Source: a virus. From it: 64,000 bases of DNA. The stretch is from IMG/VR virus record IMGVR_UViG_3300025127_000024, positions 4,994 to 68,993 of that record. The stretch is one strand, 5' to 3'. A program made the translations under genes and the position numbers. Positions 47,157-57,913 of this stretch are shown piece by piece (the stretch's first letter is position 1; every line of letters begins with the position of its first letter). The notes under the pieces are model-generated. The model had not been told where the DNA came from. It did no database searches and saw only the letters and a program-made list of their open reading frames with translations.

Positions 47157-50100
47157 ATGGCTGAAATTAAAAACAGTTTCTTAAAATCTAAAATGAACAA
47201 AGACCTAGATGATAGGTTGGTTCCAAATGGAGAATATAGAGACGCGGTAAATATATCGGTTGGAAGATCAGAAGGTGATGACGTTGGTGCGTTAGAAAAC
47301 ATTTTAGGTAACGAAGAGGTTCATTCTAATACTGGCTTAACTTGTATTGGTTTATATTTCGATAACATTGGTAATAGAATATTTGAGTTTTTAACTAACT
47401 ATACAGATCCAAAACCTTTACAACTAATACCTGCAGACACTACTGATACTTGTAAAATAAGAGTAAAATCTTTTGACGGTTCTCAACCATATTATACTTT
47501 AGTAGAAGGTAGTTTTCTTAATTTTTCTATGGGTAAAGATTTTTTAATACACTCTGTAAACTTAGTTGAAAATCAACTGTTTTGGACTGATAACAGAAAT
47601 CAACCTAGAAAAATAAATATAGATTTAGCTATAAACGACCCTAATCATTATAAGTATGAATGGCAAATATCTGTTGCTAAATATTCTCCTATAACACCAA
47701 TATCACTTGTAAAAAAAGCTAGTTTATTAGTTGATTCCGCTACGACAAACTCAACTGTAAGATTAAAAAAAGCTGGAGCAAACGGTGTACCAGAGGTTGG
47801 AATGACGGTAATAACAAATGGAACTACAAGTTGTAATTTTGTAACCGTGCTTACAGTAGATGATAGTCAAACAAACTTTTATGAGTTAACACTGACAGAT
47901 GCTATAAACGTAAGTGTTGATGACATTGTTTATTTATTTATATCTACAATGACTAACGAGAGCACAAATCCTAATTGGCCTGGTGATCCAGATTATTTAG
48001 AAGCTAAATATGTTAGGTTTAGTTTTAGATTTAAATATGAAGATGATGAGTATTCAACATTTGCTCCATTTTCACAAATAGCGTTTATACCCAAGCAAAA
48101 AGGTTATTTTATAGATGGTGACGAAAAAGATGCTTTTAGAAGCACGGTTATTAGATGGTTTGAAAACAATGTTAATCAGATAGCTTTATTAATACCACTT
48201 CCTAGTAAAGCAACACAAATACTCACAAGATATAAAATATCTGAGATAGATGTATTATATAAAGAAAGTGATAGTCGAGTTGTAAAAATACTTGAAACTT
48301 TAACAGCTGCTCAAATACAAGCTAATAATAATGAAAGCAATGTTTATGAGTATGTTTATAAGTCGCAAAAACCATATAGAAGTTTAGCTGAAAACCAAAC
48401 AACTAGAGTGTATGATAAAGTTCCTGTTAGGGCTATATCTCAAGAAGTATCAGGAAACAGAGTAATATATGGTAACTATTTTGAAGGCTGGACACCTCCA
48501 CCTAGTTTAAATTATAAATTAACTTTTCAAGAAAAAGGAGATTCATTTGACAACTTTATAGAGTATCCAAATCATACTGTTAAAGAAAATAGAAATTATC
48601 AAGTAGGTGTTATATTAGCAGATAAATACAACAGACAATCTTCTGTTATTTTGTCTACATTAGACGATATATCTTCAAGTGCTATAGAAAAAGGATCAAC
48701 TATATTTGCTCCTTATAGTAGTGTGACTAGTCCTTATAATGTTAAATGTTATAATGGTAGTGCTATAAGATTTTTATTAGAAAGCTCTATATCTTCTGCT
48801 AGAAACATACCAACTGGAGTTCCAGGTCTGTATGCTGTTCAACAAAAAAATGGATTTGCTATAAACGCCGGCGCTGTGTCAAACACTAGTTATACTTTTA
48901 CTTTTGATACAACTTCTACATTTGATAATATTCCTTCAATTGGACAATATTTAAGAGGTGAGTATCAAGACTATGTAGAAATAACTGCTATAACTGGTCC
49001 AAGCTTATCTAATGCGTATACTATAACTTGTAATGAAGATATTAGTTTAAAATACAATACAAACAAAGCTTTACCCTCAAGCGTAGAAGACGTTAAGTTT
49101 TCTTATTTGTTAAATAAAGATGGTTGGTATTCATATAAAATAGTTGTTAGACAACAAGAAGTAGATTATTATAATAGCTATTTAGCTGGTATGCTTAAGG
49201 GTTATCCGCTACAACAAACATCTGGTTCTAACACGGTTTACACTACAATAAGTCCCGGTAATAATCTTCCTGATTATGTTATGCCTGAAATACAACATGG
49301 GGTTAATACCACAGATTTTCCTGTAGGAGAAGAAAATAAAACAGCACATGTAGTTCTTATAAATGACAATATAAATAAAATACCTAGAGATTTGTCAGAG
49401 GTTGGTCCTGATCAAACTCAATATAGAAGTAGTGAAGAGTTATTTGGTAGAGTTGAAAATTTTGAATCAGTTTGTGAACTTACTGAAACAACTGGGTATA
49501 TCCCCCTAGCTTCTCAAGCTATGGTGAATTATATAGAATATGACTCATCTGATCCTAACCTACCCTCGTGTATAGCTAGGTTAAGAGTTGGTGATGGTGT
49601 AGAGGGAGTTGGTAGTAATAATACAGGTAGTATAAACTACCCTGATGATTGGTATAAAAATACTGTAATAAATAGAATAGATCAAGACTTTGCTTTAGAT
49701 GCTGTAGATACGTCTTTAAATAGTGTAACTAATAATACAGATGTAGAGCTGAGTACTTTAAATGCAACTTTAGGTAGCTGGTTTGCTACAGCTGGCGTTG
49801 GTGTAATACAAGCTACTAATAATAATGATGAAACTTTTGCAACTGACGGTGTTACAAATTTAACTGTAAGTAACGTTGATAATACAGGAGCTAAAACAAT
49901 AATAACATTTAATACAGCTGTTGATATAGGTGCTGGTGGTGTTATTAAATTTAAATATCCTCAAGGCACAGGAAGAATATACTTTCAACCATCACAATTA
50001 GTTTTATCATCTAATCAAAGCGGTAGTACAATGTCTTTTAAATTTTTCTTAGAAGAAAATAGACAGTATTACCCTGCAACTAAAGCTGACGTTGTTAGTA

Positions 50101-52925
50101 CTATAGCTGATGCTAAGACTTTAGGATTTTTACCAAACACGTTAGATAATGTTAGGGGTACAGCTTCTCTTAATTTTTATAACCTTGAGACAAACCCTTT
50201 AATTGGTAGAATATCAACGGTTAAACCTATAGGTGTAAGCGGTGGTAGTATGGTTCCTTTCTTAAGTATATACGAAACCAAACCAGTAGAATCTGCGTTA
50301 GAAGTTTTTTGGGAAACAGCATCTACGGGTTTAATATCAGATATAAATGAAGACGTACAAACAGGTTTTGATGGAGTAGTAGGATTTAGCACACTTAATT
50401 ATAAGCATGTAGAAGATCAGGATTACCAGGGAGTAGGTACAACTACAGGTGCTAGTGATGCTAAATGGATTACCGATGCTTTTTTCATGGTAGATCAACA
50501 GGGAACAAATTTAACATCTGCTGTTATAAATAGTTTCACGGTTACCACCCAAACAGTTCCTGTTCAAGACATAAGCTCTAAATTTGAACTTGTATCAAAC
50601 TATACAACAACCGGTGAATATAGATTTGCTATTGCGTCAGATAATTTTGTTTTTAATCACGATGCTGATGAGTTAGAAAATTATACTTTTACTTGTAACG
50701 TAACTTATGATGGTGTTACTTCTGATTTTATATTTAATGGCAGGTTACAAAATGTATCTCCTGAAATAGATCCTGCCTGTAATACTTATTCTGTTTCAAG
50801 CGATAATACTAATACAGGTACTTTAGTAACAATGACTGGTAATAATGGTTCTTTTATACAATCATCTTCTGATTTGTTTTGGGAAATAGATCCATCAACA
50901 AATACTAACAATTATTTTACTTTACAAAATGTAAATAATGAAGCTGTAATAACTATAACACAAAACAATCCTAATGGTTTACCCACAACAGGTGTTTATA
51001 ATTTAACTATAAGATTAACTGATGCTTGGGATTATACTAATAATTCACCTACTGGAACAATAAATAGTGGTGTTTATGATAGTAAAAGAGTTGAATGTTC
51101 TGGTGCTGCTGCAAACTTAGACATAACAATAGGCACACCCTCGGTAAATCCATGTATACAAGGCGCAATACCAGTTACTGGTTTTGGAGGCAACTACGGA
51201 GAGTTACCAGTATATAATAGGTCATATGCTATAAATGGAGGAGTACCTAGCTGTGATGGACAAAATATGAGCGCTGATAGCGGTAACCAACCTGGGCCTA
51301 ACAATAAACATTATGCTGGCGTTTATATAGGTAGAGACGATATATTAAATAAGCCTAACGCATCACCCCCAATTGTTCCTTTTACTTCAACTGGTGGTGG
51401 TTGGACAGGCACTAATGCTAATTATAGCACTGGAAATCCAGTTAGCACTTTAGGTTTACCGACAACTGGAACTGTTTTTGGATCTACAAACCCTAGTATA
51501 AAGCCAATGTCTTTGGTGCACTTAGATAGAGCGGTTCCTTCTAATCCTAATGTTCCTAACAGCGGTGGTTGTACAGACACTTCACAAGGTGGTTGTAGTA
51601 GAGGTGTTATGAAGTTTACCGTAGAAGTGTTGTGTGACGCAGCCGCGCTGGCCGGTTGTTCAGATCCTTTAGCTATGTGTGGTGATAGAATGAGCTCATC
51701 TGTTAAATACAAAATATTTCATAGAGCACTACAGTCTTCTTCACCAAACTCTTTATCATGGTCAACTGTTGCGGATGAAAACGGACAACTACAAGGTGAG
51801 GAACCAATAGTAGTGGCAGAAGTTGGTGATGGTGCAAGTGCTAGTAGTGTTGTAAATGTCAACTATTCTTCTATGAGTTTTGATATATTTATAGACTGCT
51901 CAGCTAATCCTGGAGAATACTTTTTATACTTTGAATTTGCACCAGAATCAACAAATACAGCATATGGTTGTAATTATAATGGAACTGGTTGTACTTTAGA
52001 AGTTAGTTATTCTGACGCGAACTACTCATATCCAAATGGAACCGGAACAGTTCCAACACCTATATCTGGTGGTGAGTTTTATTTAGGTATGGAAAAATTT
52101 CCTAATGTAGATAACTCAGCTGCAGGTATAGAGTTTACAACATCAAGTGGTAATCCTTATATACTGGGTTATGATCCAGGTGCTAACAATACAGTTCCTT
52201 ATTCTGGTGGTAGTTTATTTGACAACACTACAGATTTTTCTGCAACTGTATCAGTAGAAAATGGATTAACATTAACATTAAATCAATCTCTACCTAAAGT
52301 TTCTATTGGACAAGGTGTTGTTCTTTCAACAGCAACTAGTGGTCCAGCTTTAGCATACGTTAGTGATGTTAGTGAGGTTGGTGGTGTAACACAAGTTGTT
52401 TTATCTAATGCACCTGGAACCGTATTAGCTAACAATAATATTTCTTTTGTAAACAATTTTTACGAAGGAACTTTATCACAAGCAAAATTTGTAGGAAAAG
52501 TATATGGTAATATAGGTTCTATTAATGCTAACAATTTACAAGAATTATATGTTGATGCGGCTAGAACAACACCGTTTGTTCCTAAAAGAGCAGATAGATA
52601 CTACACTATAACGCAAAACGTGACTCTTACAGACAATAAAGACGGTAATCATTTATCAGTTTCTCGATGGGATTATACAAATCTTGGTAATTACCCTGGT
52701 AGTATAAGTGGTAATGGCGCTAGTGCAACAGAGTGGAGAGAAGACTACAGTACTGGATACCCTAGATTTACTGTTAGACTAAATTCTAATGGTAAATTAA
52801 TAACTGATCCCGATGGTGTAAAAAGAAGATTTTGGCAGGGAGGTGGTAGAACCCCAACAGTTAATACTCCTGGTGAAGCTTGGCAGATGACAAGGCCTTT
52901 TAAAGGGCAGCAATACTATGGGTAA
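47157..52925 (+). CDS. tail stabilization/muzzle-like protein with appended domains
   Basis: KMNKDLDDRLVPNGEYRDAVN, LFWTDNRNQPRKIN, GNRVIYGNY motifs. Confidence 0.7.
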   Translation: MAEIKNSFLKSKMNKDLDDRLVPNGEYRDAVNISVGRSEGDDVGALENILGNEEVHSNTGLTCIGLYFDNIGNRIFEFLTNYTDPKPLQLIPADTTDTCKIRVKSFDGSQPYYTLVEGSFLNFSMGKDFLIHSVNLVENQLFWTDNRNQPRKINIDLAINDPNHYKYEWQISVAKYSPITPISLVKKASLLVDSATTNSTVRLKKAGANGVPEVGMTVITNGTTSCNFVTVLTVDDSQTNFYELTLTDAINVSVDDIVYLFISTMTNESTNPNWPGDPDYLEAKYVRFSFRFKYEDDEYSTFAPFSQIAFIPKQKGYFIDGDEKDAFRSTVIRWFENNVNQIALLIPLPSKATQILTRYKISEIDVLYKESDSRVVKILETLTAAQIQANNNESNVYEYVYKSQKPYRSLAENQTTRVYDKVPVRAISQEVSGNRVIYGNYFEGWTPPPSLNYKLTFQEKGDSFDNFIEYPNHTVKENRNYQVGVILADKYNRQSSVILSTLDDISSSAIEKGSTIFAPYSSVTSPYNVKCYNGSAIRFLLESSISSARNIPTGVPGLYAVQQKNGFAINAGAVSNTSYTFTFDTTSTFDNIPSIGQYLRGEYQDYVEITAITGPSLSNAYTITCNEDISLKYNTNKALPSSVEDVKFSYLLNKDGWYSYKIVVRQQEVDYYNSYLAGMLKGYPLQQTSGSNTVYTTISPGNNLPDYVMPEIQHGVNTTDFPVGEENKTAHVVLINDNINKIPRDLSEVGPDQTQYRSSEELFGRVENFESVCELTETTGYIPLASQAMVNYIEYDSSDPNLPSCIARLRVGDGVEGVGSNNTGSINYPDDWYKNTVINRIDQDFALDAVDTSLNSVTNNTDVELSTLNATLGSWFATAGVGVIQATNNNDETFATDGVTNLTVSNVDNTGAKTIITFNTAVDIGAGGVIKFKYPQGTGRIYFQPSQLVLSSNQSGSTMSFKFFLEENRQYYPATKADVVSTIADAKTLGFLPNTLDNVRGTASLNFYNLETNPLIGRISTVKPIGVSGGSMVPFLSIYETKPVESALEVFWETASTGLISDINEDVQTGFDGVVGFSTLNYKHVEDQDYQGVGTTTGASDAKWITDAFFMVDQQGTNLTSAVINSFTVTTQTVPVQDISSKFELVSNYTTTGEYRFAIASDNFVFNHDADELENYTFTCNVTYDGVTSDFIFNGRLQNVSPEIDPACNTYSVSSDNTNTGTLVTMTGNNGSFIQSSSDLFWEIDPSTNTNNYFTLQNVNNEAVITITQNNPNGLPTTGVYNLTIRLTDAWDYTNNSPTGTINSGVYDSKRVECSGAAANLDITIGTPSVNPCIQGAIPVTGFGGNYGELPVYNRSYAINGGVPSCDGQNMSADSGNQPGPNNKHYAGVYIGRDDILNKPNASPPIVPFTSTGGGWTGTNANYSTGNPVSTLGLPTTGTVFGSTNPSIKPMSLVHLDRAVPSNPNVPNSGGCTDTSQGGCSRGVMKFTVEVLCDAAALAGCSDPLAMCGDRMSSSVKYKIFHRALQSSSPNSLSWSTVADENGQLQGEEPIVVAEVGDGASASSVVNVNYSSMSFDIFIDCSANPGEYFLYFEFAPESTNTAYGCNYNGTGCTLEVSYSDANYSYPNGTGTVPTPISGGEFYLGMEKFPNVDNSAAGIEFTTSSGNPYILGYDPGANNTVPYSGGSLFDNTTDFSATVSVENGLTLTLNQSLPKVSIGQGVVLSTATSGPALAYVSDVSEVGGVTQVVLSNAPGTVLANNNISFVNNFYEGTLSQAKFVGKVYGNIGSINANNLQELYVDAARTTPFVPKRADRYYTITQNVTLTDNKDGNHLSVSRWDYTNLGNYPGSISGNGASATEWREDYSTGYPRFTVRLNSNGKLITDPDGVKRRFWQGGGRTPTVNTPGEAWQMTRPFKGQQYYG

Positions 52926-52950
52926 TTTAAAAAATAAACAAGTAACTATA
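52922..52950 (+). promoter_or_regulatory. class-2 promoter
   Basis: GTAAT-N15-GTAACTATA, 5 nt before the ATG at 52956. Confidence 0.65.
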
Positions 52951-52955
52951 ATACT

Positions 52956-54572
52956 ATGGCCGCTACAATAGAATTAAAATATTTTAACTCTTTTTGGATT
53001 AAGAAGATGGACACCATTATGGACGTTAGAGATACTACAGCTATTGTTGCTTCTGCTAGTACAGGTACTACTATTAGCCTACAAGATCCTAATCTTTATA
53101 TTGGCATAGGTCAAAGAGTTAAAAATGAAACTATACAACAATCGTTGCCAGATTTTACTTTTGTAACTGGTGTAGATATGGCTTCTAATCCTCCTACAGT
53201 AACAGTTAATCAAAGTGTAACTGTGTCTGCTTTAGAAACTTTAGAGTTTGGTCCCATAGAGGATTTTACTCAAGTACCAAAAGCTTATGCTTCAACACCT
53301 GTTAGTGATTGGTATGCAGAAGAAGCTAGAATTAGAGGCGGGTATAATAATACAAATGTAGATTTAGGTGTAAAAGCTTATATAGTAGAAGATGATTCTA
53401 CTCAAAACCATAGATCTAATTCATTAATATATTCTGGTATATTTAATTCTAGAACAGGTGTTAATGAAACAAATCAATTTAGCGTTGCAGAATCTATAAC
53501 ACGAGCTGTTGATCCAGCTAACGGGTCTATACAAAAATTATACGCTGAAGATACTAATTTAATAATTTTTCAAGAATTAAAAGTAAATAGATCTTTAATT
53601 GATAAAGACGCTATATACACTGCAGAAGGCGGTCAACTAACAACAGCTGGATCAGAGGTAATTGGTTCAATAATTCCTTATGCTGGTGAGTATGGTATAA
53701 GTACAAATCCAGAATCATTTGCTGTTTATGGTTATAGAAAATATTTTACAGACAGAACAAGAAGTGCTGTTCTTAGATTATCTCAAGATGGTATAACAGA
53801 AATATCTAATTATGGTATGTTTGATTATTTTAGAGATGAATTAGGTTTAGTTGGAAATACAGGTCTTGCGTTAGGTGGATGGGACATGCATACTAAACAG
53901 TATGTAGTTTCTTTACAACCACCACCTTGTGAAAATTGTAAAGCAGATACTGTTGTAAGAACTTTAGGTTTTGATGAAGCTGTTTTAGGTTGGACTAGTA
54001 GATACAGTTATAAACCTGATTTATTAGGTAGTTTAAGAAATAATTTTTACACAAGTAAAAATGGAGGTTTATGGCAGCATTACAGCACAGCTGTTGCTCA
54101 TTCAAATTTTTATGGAGTAGATTATAACTCTCATGTTACATTTATATTTAATGGTCAACCTTCGTTATCTAAAACATTTAAAACAATAAATTACGAAGGA
54201 TCTCCTGGTTGGCAAGTATCTAGCATGGTTGCTAATGAATATCAGAAAACAAATATAGAAGGTTTATCTACATCTCCTAGTTTTACAGGAGATACTGGTT
54301 TTACTGTTTCTCCATATGTACAGTATACTAATTTAGCTGATCTAGAAAATTCTTTATTTACAAATAGTTTTAAAAGAAAAGAAGATAAATACTTTGCAAA
54401 TATATTAAATGTTACACCGCAAAGACCTGGTGAAGTTGTTTATGGAGAGTCAATGACTGGTTTAAAAGGATTTTTTACAACTGTTACAATGACTTATGAT
54501 AATAGTCAAACTAACGCGGGTAAAGCAGAACTATTTGCAGCTTCTACAAATTACGTAGAATCATCATATTAA
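52956..54572 (+). CDS. tail stabilization protein, C-terminal-type module
   Basis: GSIQKL, YGISTNPESFA, YFTD, RLSQDGITEIS, KTFKTINYEG motifs. Confidence 0.65.
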   Translation: MAATIELKYFNSFWIKKMDTIMDVRDTTAIVASASTGTTISLQDPNLYIGIGQRVKNETIQQSLPDFTFVTGVDMASNPPTVTVNQSVTVSALETLEFGPIEDFTQVPKAYASTPVSDWYAEEARIRGGYNNTNVDLGVKAYIVEDDSTQNHRSNSLIYSGIFNSRTGVNETNQFSVAESITRAVDPANGSIQKLYAEDTNLIIFQELKVNRSLIDKDAIYTAEGGQLTTAGSEVIGSIIPYAGEYGISTNPESFAVYGYRKYFTDRTRSAVLRLSQDGITEISNYGMFDYFRDELGLVGNTGLALGGWDMHTKQYVVSLQPPPCENCKADTVVRTLGFDEAVLGWTSRYSYKPDLLGSLRNNFYTSKNGGLWQHYSTAVAHSNFYGVDYNSHVTFIFNGQPSLSKTFKTINYEGSPGWQVSSMVANEYQKTNIEGLSTSPSFTGDTGFTVSPYVQYTNLADLENSLFTNSFKRKEDKYFANILNVTPQRPGEVVYGESMTGLKGFFTTVTMTYDNSQTNAGKAELFAASTNYVESSY

Positions 54573-54582
54573 ATTTAATTAA

Positions 54583-55098
54583 ATGAGTAAGTTAAAAGAA
54601 ACTAACTACACTCTAGAAAAAATAAATCAAATAGAATATTTTAGAGATGAAGTTATAAAGCTTGAAAAACAATTAATAGACATGGGTAGTTTAGGTGATC
54701 CTGATAACCCAGGTAGATGTGAAGAGCTAAATAAAATAAATCCATTAAAGCACACATTTGCTGGTGGATGCTATATAAGAGAAATTAATTGTCCAGCTGG
54801 GCAAATACTAACAACAGCTATACACAAAAAAGAACATCCTTATTTTGTTATAAAAGGTAAGGTATCAGTGTTAACTGAAGACGGTATAAAAGAAATTACA
54901 GCCCCTTTTTATGGGGTTACTAAACCAGGAACTAAACGAGTTGTTTTTGTTCATGAAGATTGTACATGGGTTACTGTTCATAGAACTGACAGTACAGATG
55001 TAGATGAAGTGTTAGATGAAGTGTTAGCAAAAAACTTTGAAGATCCTGATGTTAGTTTAAAAGAAATAAAAAAACAATTGCAATTAAAACAAAAGTAA
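54583..55098 (+). CDS. cupin-fold protein
   Basis: HTFAGGCYIREI..PAG...IHKKEHPYFV.KG...PGTKR. Confidence 0.7.
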   Translation: MSKLKETNYTLEKINQIEYFRDEVIKLEKQLIDMGSLGDPDNPGRCEELNKINPLKHTFAGGCYIREINCPAGQILTTAIHKKEHPYFVIKGKVSVLTEDGIKEITAPFYGVTKPGTKRVVFVHEDCTWVTVHRTDSTDVDEVLDEVLAKNFEDPDVSLKEIKKQLQLKQK

Positions 55099-55099
55099 T

Positions 55100-55813
55100 A
55101 TGAGTATGTTAGTGGCAGGTGGCTTAAGTGTTGCTGGTGGAATCATCGGTGGTATTGGAGCTGGCAAAAGAAAACGAGCGGCAGCTAGAGAACAAAGAAG
55201 ACGAATGGCAGAGTTGAAAAGACTTGAGGCCAGTCGTCAAGCTATTGTTAATCCCTACGCTAACACAACTGATTTATCTGGTTTAGCTAAAGATCTAAGT
55301 GGCATGATGACAAATCCTTACGCTAGTTTAGGCGTAGCAACTAATGCAGCTAAAATAAAAATAGAAGAATCAGATATGGCTTTAGCTCAAACATTAGACA
55401 CATTAAGAGCTACGGGCGCAGGAGCTGGAGGCGCAACAGCATTAGCGCAAGCTGCTTTAGCTAGCAAGCAAGGCGTCGCTGCAGATATAGAAAAACAAGA
55501 AGCAAACAATGAGCAATTAAGAGCTCAAGGTGAAGCTAGAATGAACGAGCAGAAAGTATCTGAACAACAAAGGTTGCAAGGTATAGCATTAAGCGAGGGT
55601 CAAAGAACTCAAGCGGCTGATGCTGCAGGACAACAGTTTATGTTTAATGCTAGAGAAACAAGAGAACAAGATAAAATTAATAGAGTTGCTGGATTAGCAG
55701 ACAGAGCAGCAGCACAACAAGCTCAAGCTGCGGCTGATCAAACAGGAGCTATAACAGGAACACTGAGTAGTTTAGCAAACATATACTCAGGATTTAAAGC
55801 AGGACAACAATAA
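55100..55813 (+). CDS. putative ejection (pilot) protein
   Basis: Gly-rich hydrophobic N-terminus with Ala/Gln coiled coil. Confidence 0.6.
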   Translation: MSMLVAGGLSVAGGIIGGIGAGKRKRAAAREQRRRMAELKRLEASRQAIVNPYANTTDLSGLAKDLSGMMTNPYASLGVATNAAKIKIEESDMALAQTLDTLRATGAGAGGATALAQAALASKQGVAADIEKQEANNEQLRAQGEARMNEQKVSEQQRLQGIALSEGQRTQAADAAGQQFMFNARETREQDKINRVAGLADRAAAQQAQAAADQTGAITGTLSSLANIYSGFKAGQQ

Positions 55814-55814
55814 T

Positions 55815-57908
55815 ATGGGAGCATACGATAATCCGGCAATGATAGTCGACACACAGTCAGGTCAACATGTTAGAGACATGCTGCAGTCTATAGGTAATAC
55901 TGCTTTGCAGTATGGTATACGTATGGCTGAAAAAAGAGAACGTGAAGAAAAAGAAAGACAAAAGAGGTTAGAAAATAATAACACTATAAGAAAAAATTCT
56001 ATACTAGCGACCACTAAACTTAAAAGTGATACTCAAGCTAAGATAGAATCTAAAAACCCTGTAAATATAGGCTCATTACAAGATGATATAGATTTAATAT
56101 TTGATGATTATTCAAACGCTTTACAGAGGTTTAACATGAGTCAGTATGATGATAGCTATGCTGGTAGCGAACAAGAGCAAGCAGATCTAGCTATTATATC
56201 TTCTACGCAAAATTTTGCCACTTCAGCTCCAGAATTATTTGCTAACACAACAGCTTTAATAGATAAATACAAAGAATTAAAAGGTAAATATGATACACTA
56301 GGTGGATTAGATCCTTCTTACAGCGACCCTTATTTTCAAATATTTGTTAATACACAGGAAGGAGCTTATAACGACGCTAGTATAGGTTGGGAGAGTAGAC
56401 TTGAAGGCGATAGAAGATTATTTGATTATGTTTTAACTGGTGATGAAGTAAAAAAACAAAATGCTATAAGTTATTTTAATGCGTTAGACGAGACACAAAA
56501 ATCTATATTGTTTGGAGAAGATTCTACAATGACTGCTGAACAATTTGCTTCTACTTATAGTTCACAAGGAATGAATTTCATGGATGTGGATATACCTATA
56601 GATGAAAATGTTTCTTCATTGTTAGTACAAAATGATAGAGGTGGTTATGATTTTAGTAATGAACATAGAATAAGTATGCAAGAGATGGTTGATGTCATGA
56701 ATGATACTGACGGCAACCCATATGTATTTGGTAGATTCTTTTCTGAAATACAAGACGTAAACGGAATATTTACAGAAAATGCTGAAGAGGCTCAAATAAT
56801 AATAAATGGTAGATTAGCTGAGCGATTTACAGAAGGAGGAGAAACTCATGAAAAAACTTATTATAAAAGAACATCTGGAGGTAAACAAGAAATTATACAA
56901 ACTATAAAAATGCCTAACTTAGATGAGGTTGATAATTTTGCTAATCAACAAGGAGGAGCTGTAGTAGATGGATGGGAGACATCTCAAAACGGTATTCTTA
57001 ACGCAAACGCAACAATAAGAAAATTAGCTAAACCAGCTTATAATGATGAAGGTGGATTTATGTATGATGAATTTGGAAACCAAGTTTTTTATTATAATGT
57101 AAAAACAGAAGAACCAAGCGATGAAAACAATTGGACATGGAGTGGTGATGAAGAAGTTAAAATATCTTTATTAAATGCTGATACCGTTGTAAACACTGGT
57201 GAAACATCAGATATTTGGAATCCTGGTTTAAAAAAAGGTGTTGAAGATTTTATGGTTGAAATGGCTAGAAGACAAAGCGGTTATTATACACTACCAGTTG
57301 TATCAGAAAAGAACGGAGACTTTAGACCAAGAAGATCAAGCAATAATAAAAAAGTAATTAATCCTGCTATAGCTGAACTAGCAACTAGTATTATTAATCA
57401 ACCTAGTGGTAACTGGAGTGATGCATCTTGGGTTGCAGATTTCTTTAACACAGCTAATTTAGACGGCACGGTTGCAATGACAGGTGGTGAAGCTAAGTTA
57501 AGCTTAGAAGAAACAATTCAAGCTTACGAAGATGTTGGGGTTAACAAACTAAATAAAACTGAAAAACAAGAGCTTGAAAACGCTAAAGCTGCACTAGCTG
57601 GTATGAATGAAAATGCTATATACATACAGTATGGAGGCAAAGGAGACATGACTGAAATAAGAATAGGTAGCGCTGGTTTAGTAGCTAATTCAGTAAGAAG
57701 TTCGTTTGGTAGTGAGGGAGAACAAAGCGACTTTGACACGGCTTATGCTTTAGCGAAAGAGAAGTTTATGAATGAATTTACAATGGAAAAATTCTTAAAC
57801 AACTTAAATATAGAAGCTACAGAACTTAATTTAAATAGCGCTTATTATAAAGCAGAGTATCAAAAAGAGGTTAACAAGCAGTTAGAAAGATTTAAAAGAT
57901 TTAAATAA
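55815..57908 (+). CDS. putative internal virion/ejection protein
   Basis: Position between the pilot protein and the giant ORF. Confidence 0.55.
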   Translation: MGAYDNPAMIVDTQSGQHVRDMLQSIGNTALQYGIRMAEKREREEKERQKRLENNNTIRKNSILATTKLKSDTQAKIESKNPVNIGSLQDDIDLIFDDYSNALQRFNMSQYDDSYAGSEQEQADLAIISSTQNFATSAPELFANTTALIDKYKELKGKYDTLGGLDPSYSDPYFQIFVNTQEGAYNDASIGWESRLEGDRRLFDYVLTGDEVKKQNAISYFNALDETQKSILFGEDSTMTAEQFASTYSSQGMNFMDVDIPIDENVSSLLVQNDRGGYDFSNEHRISMQEMVDVMNDTDGNPYVFGRFFSEIQDVNGIFTENAEEAQIIINGRLAERFTEGGETHEKTYYKRTSGGKQEIIQTIKMPNLDEVDNFANQQGGAVVDGWETSQNGILNANATIRKLAKPAYNDEGGFMYDEFGNQVFYYNVKTEEPSDENNWTWSGDEEVKISLLNADTVVNTGETSDIWNPGLKKGVEDFMVEMARRQSGYYTLPVVSEKNGDFRPRRSSNNKKVINPAIAELATSIINQPSGNWSDASWVADFFNTANLDGTVAMTGGEAKLSLEETIQAYEDVGVNKLNKTEKQELENAKAALAGMNENAIYIQYGGKGDMTEIRIGSAGLVANSVRSSFGSEGEQSDFDTAYALAKEKFMNEFTMEKFLNNLNIEATELNLNSAYYKAEYQKEVNKQLERFKRFK

Positions 57909-57913
57909 ACTTC

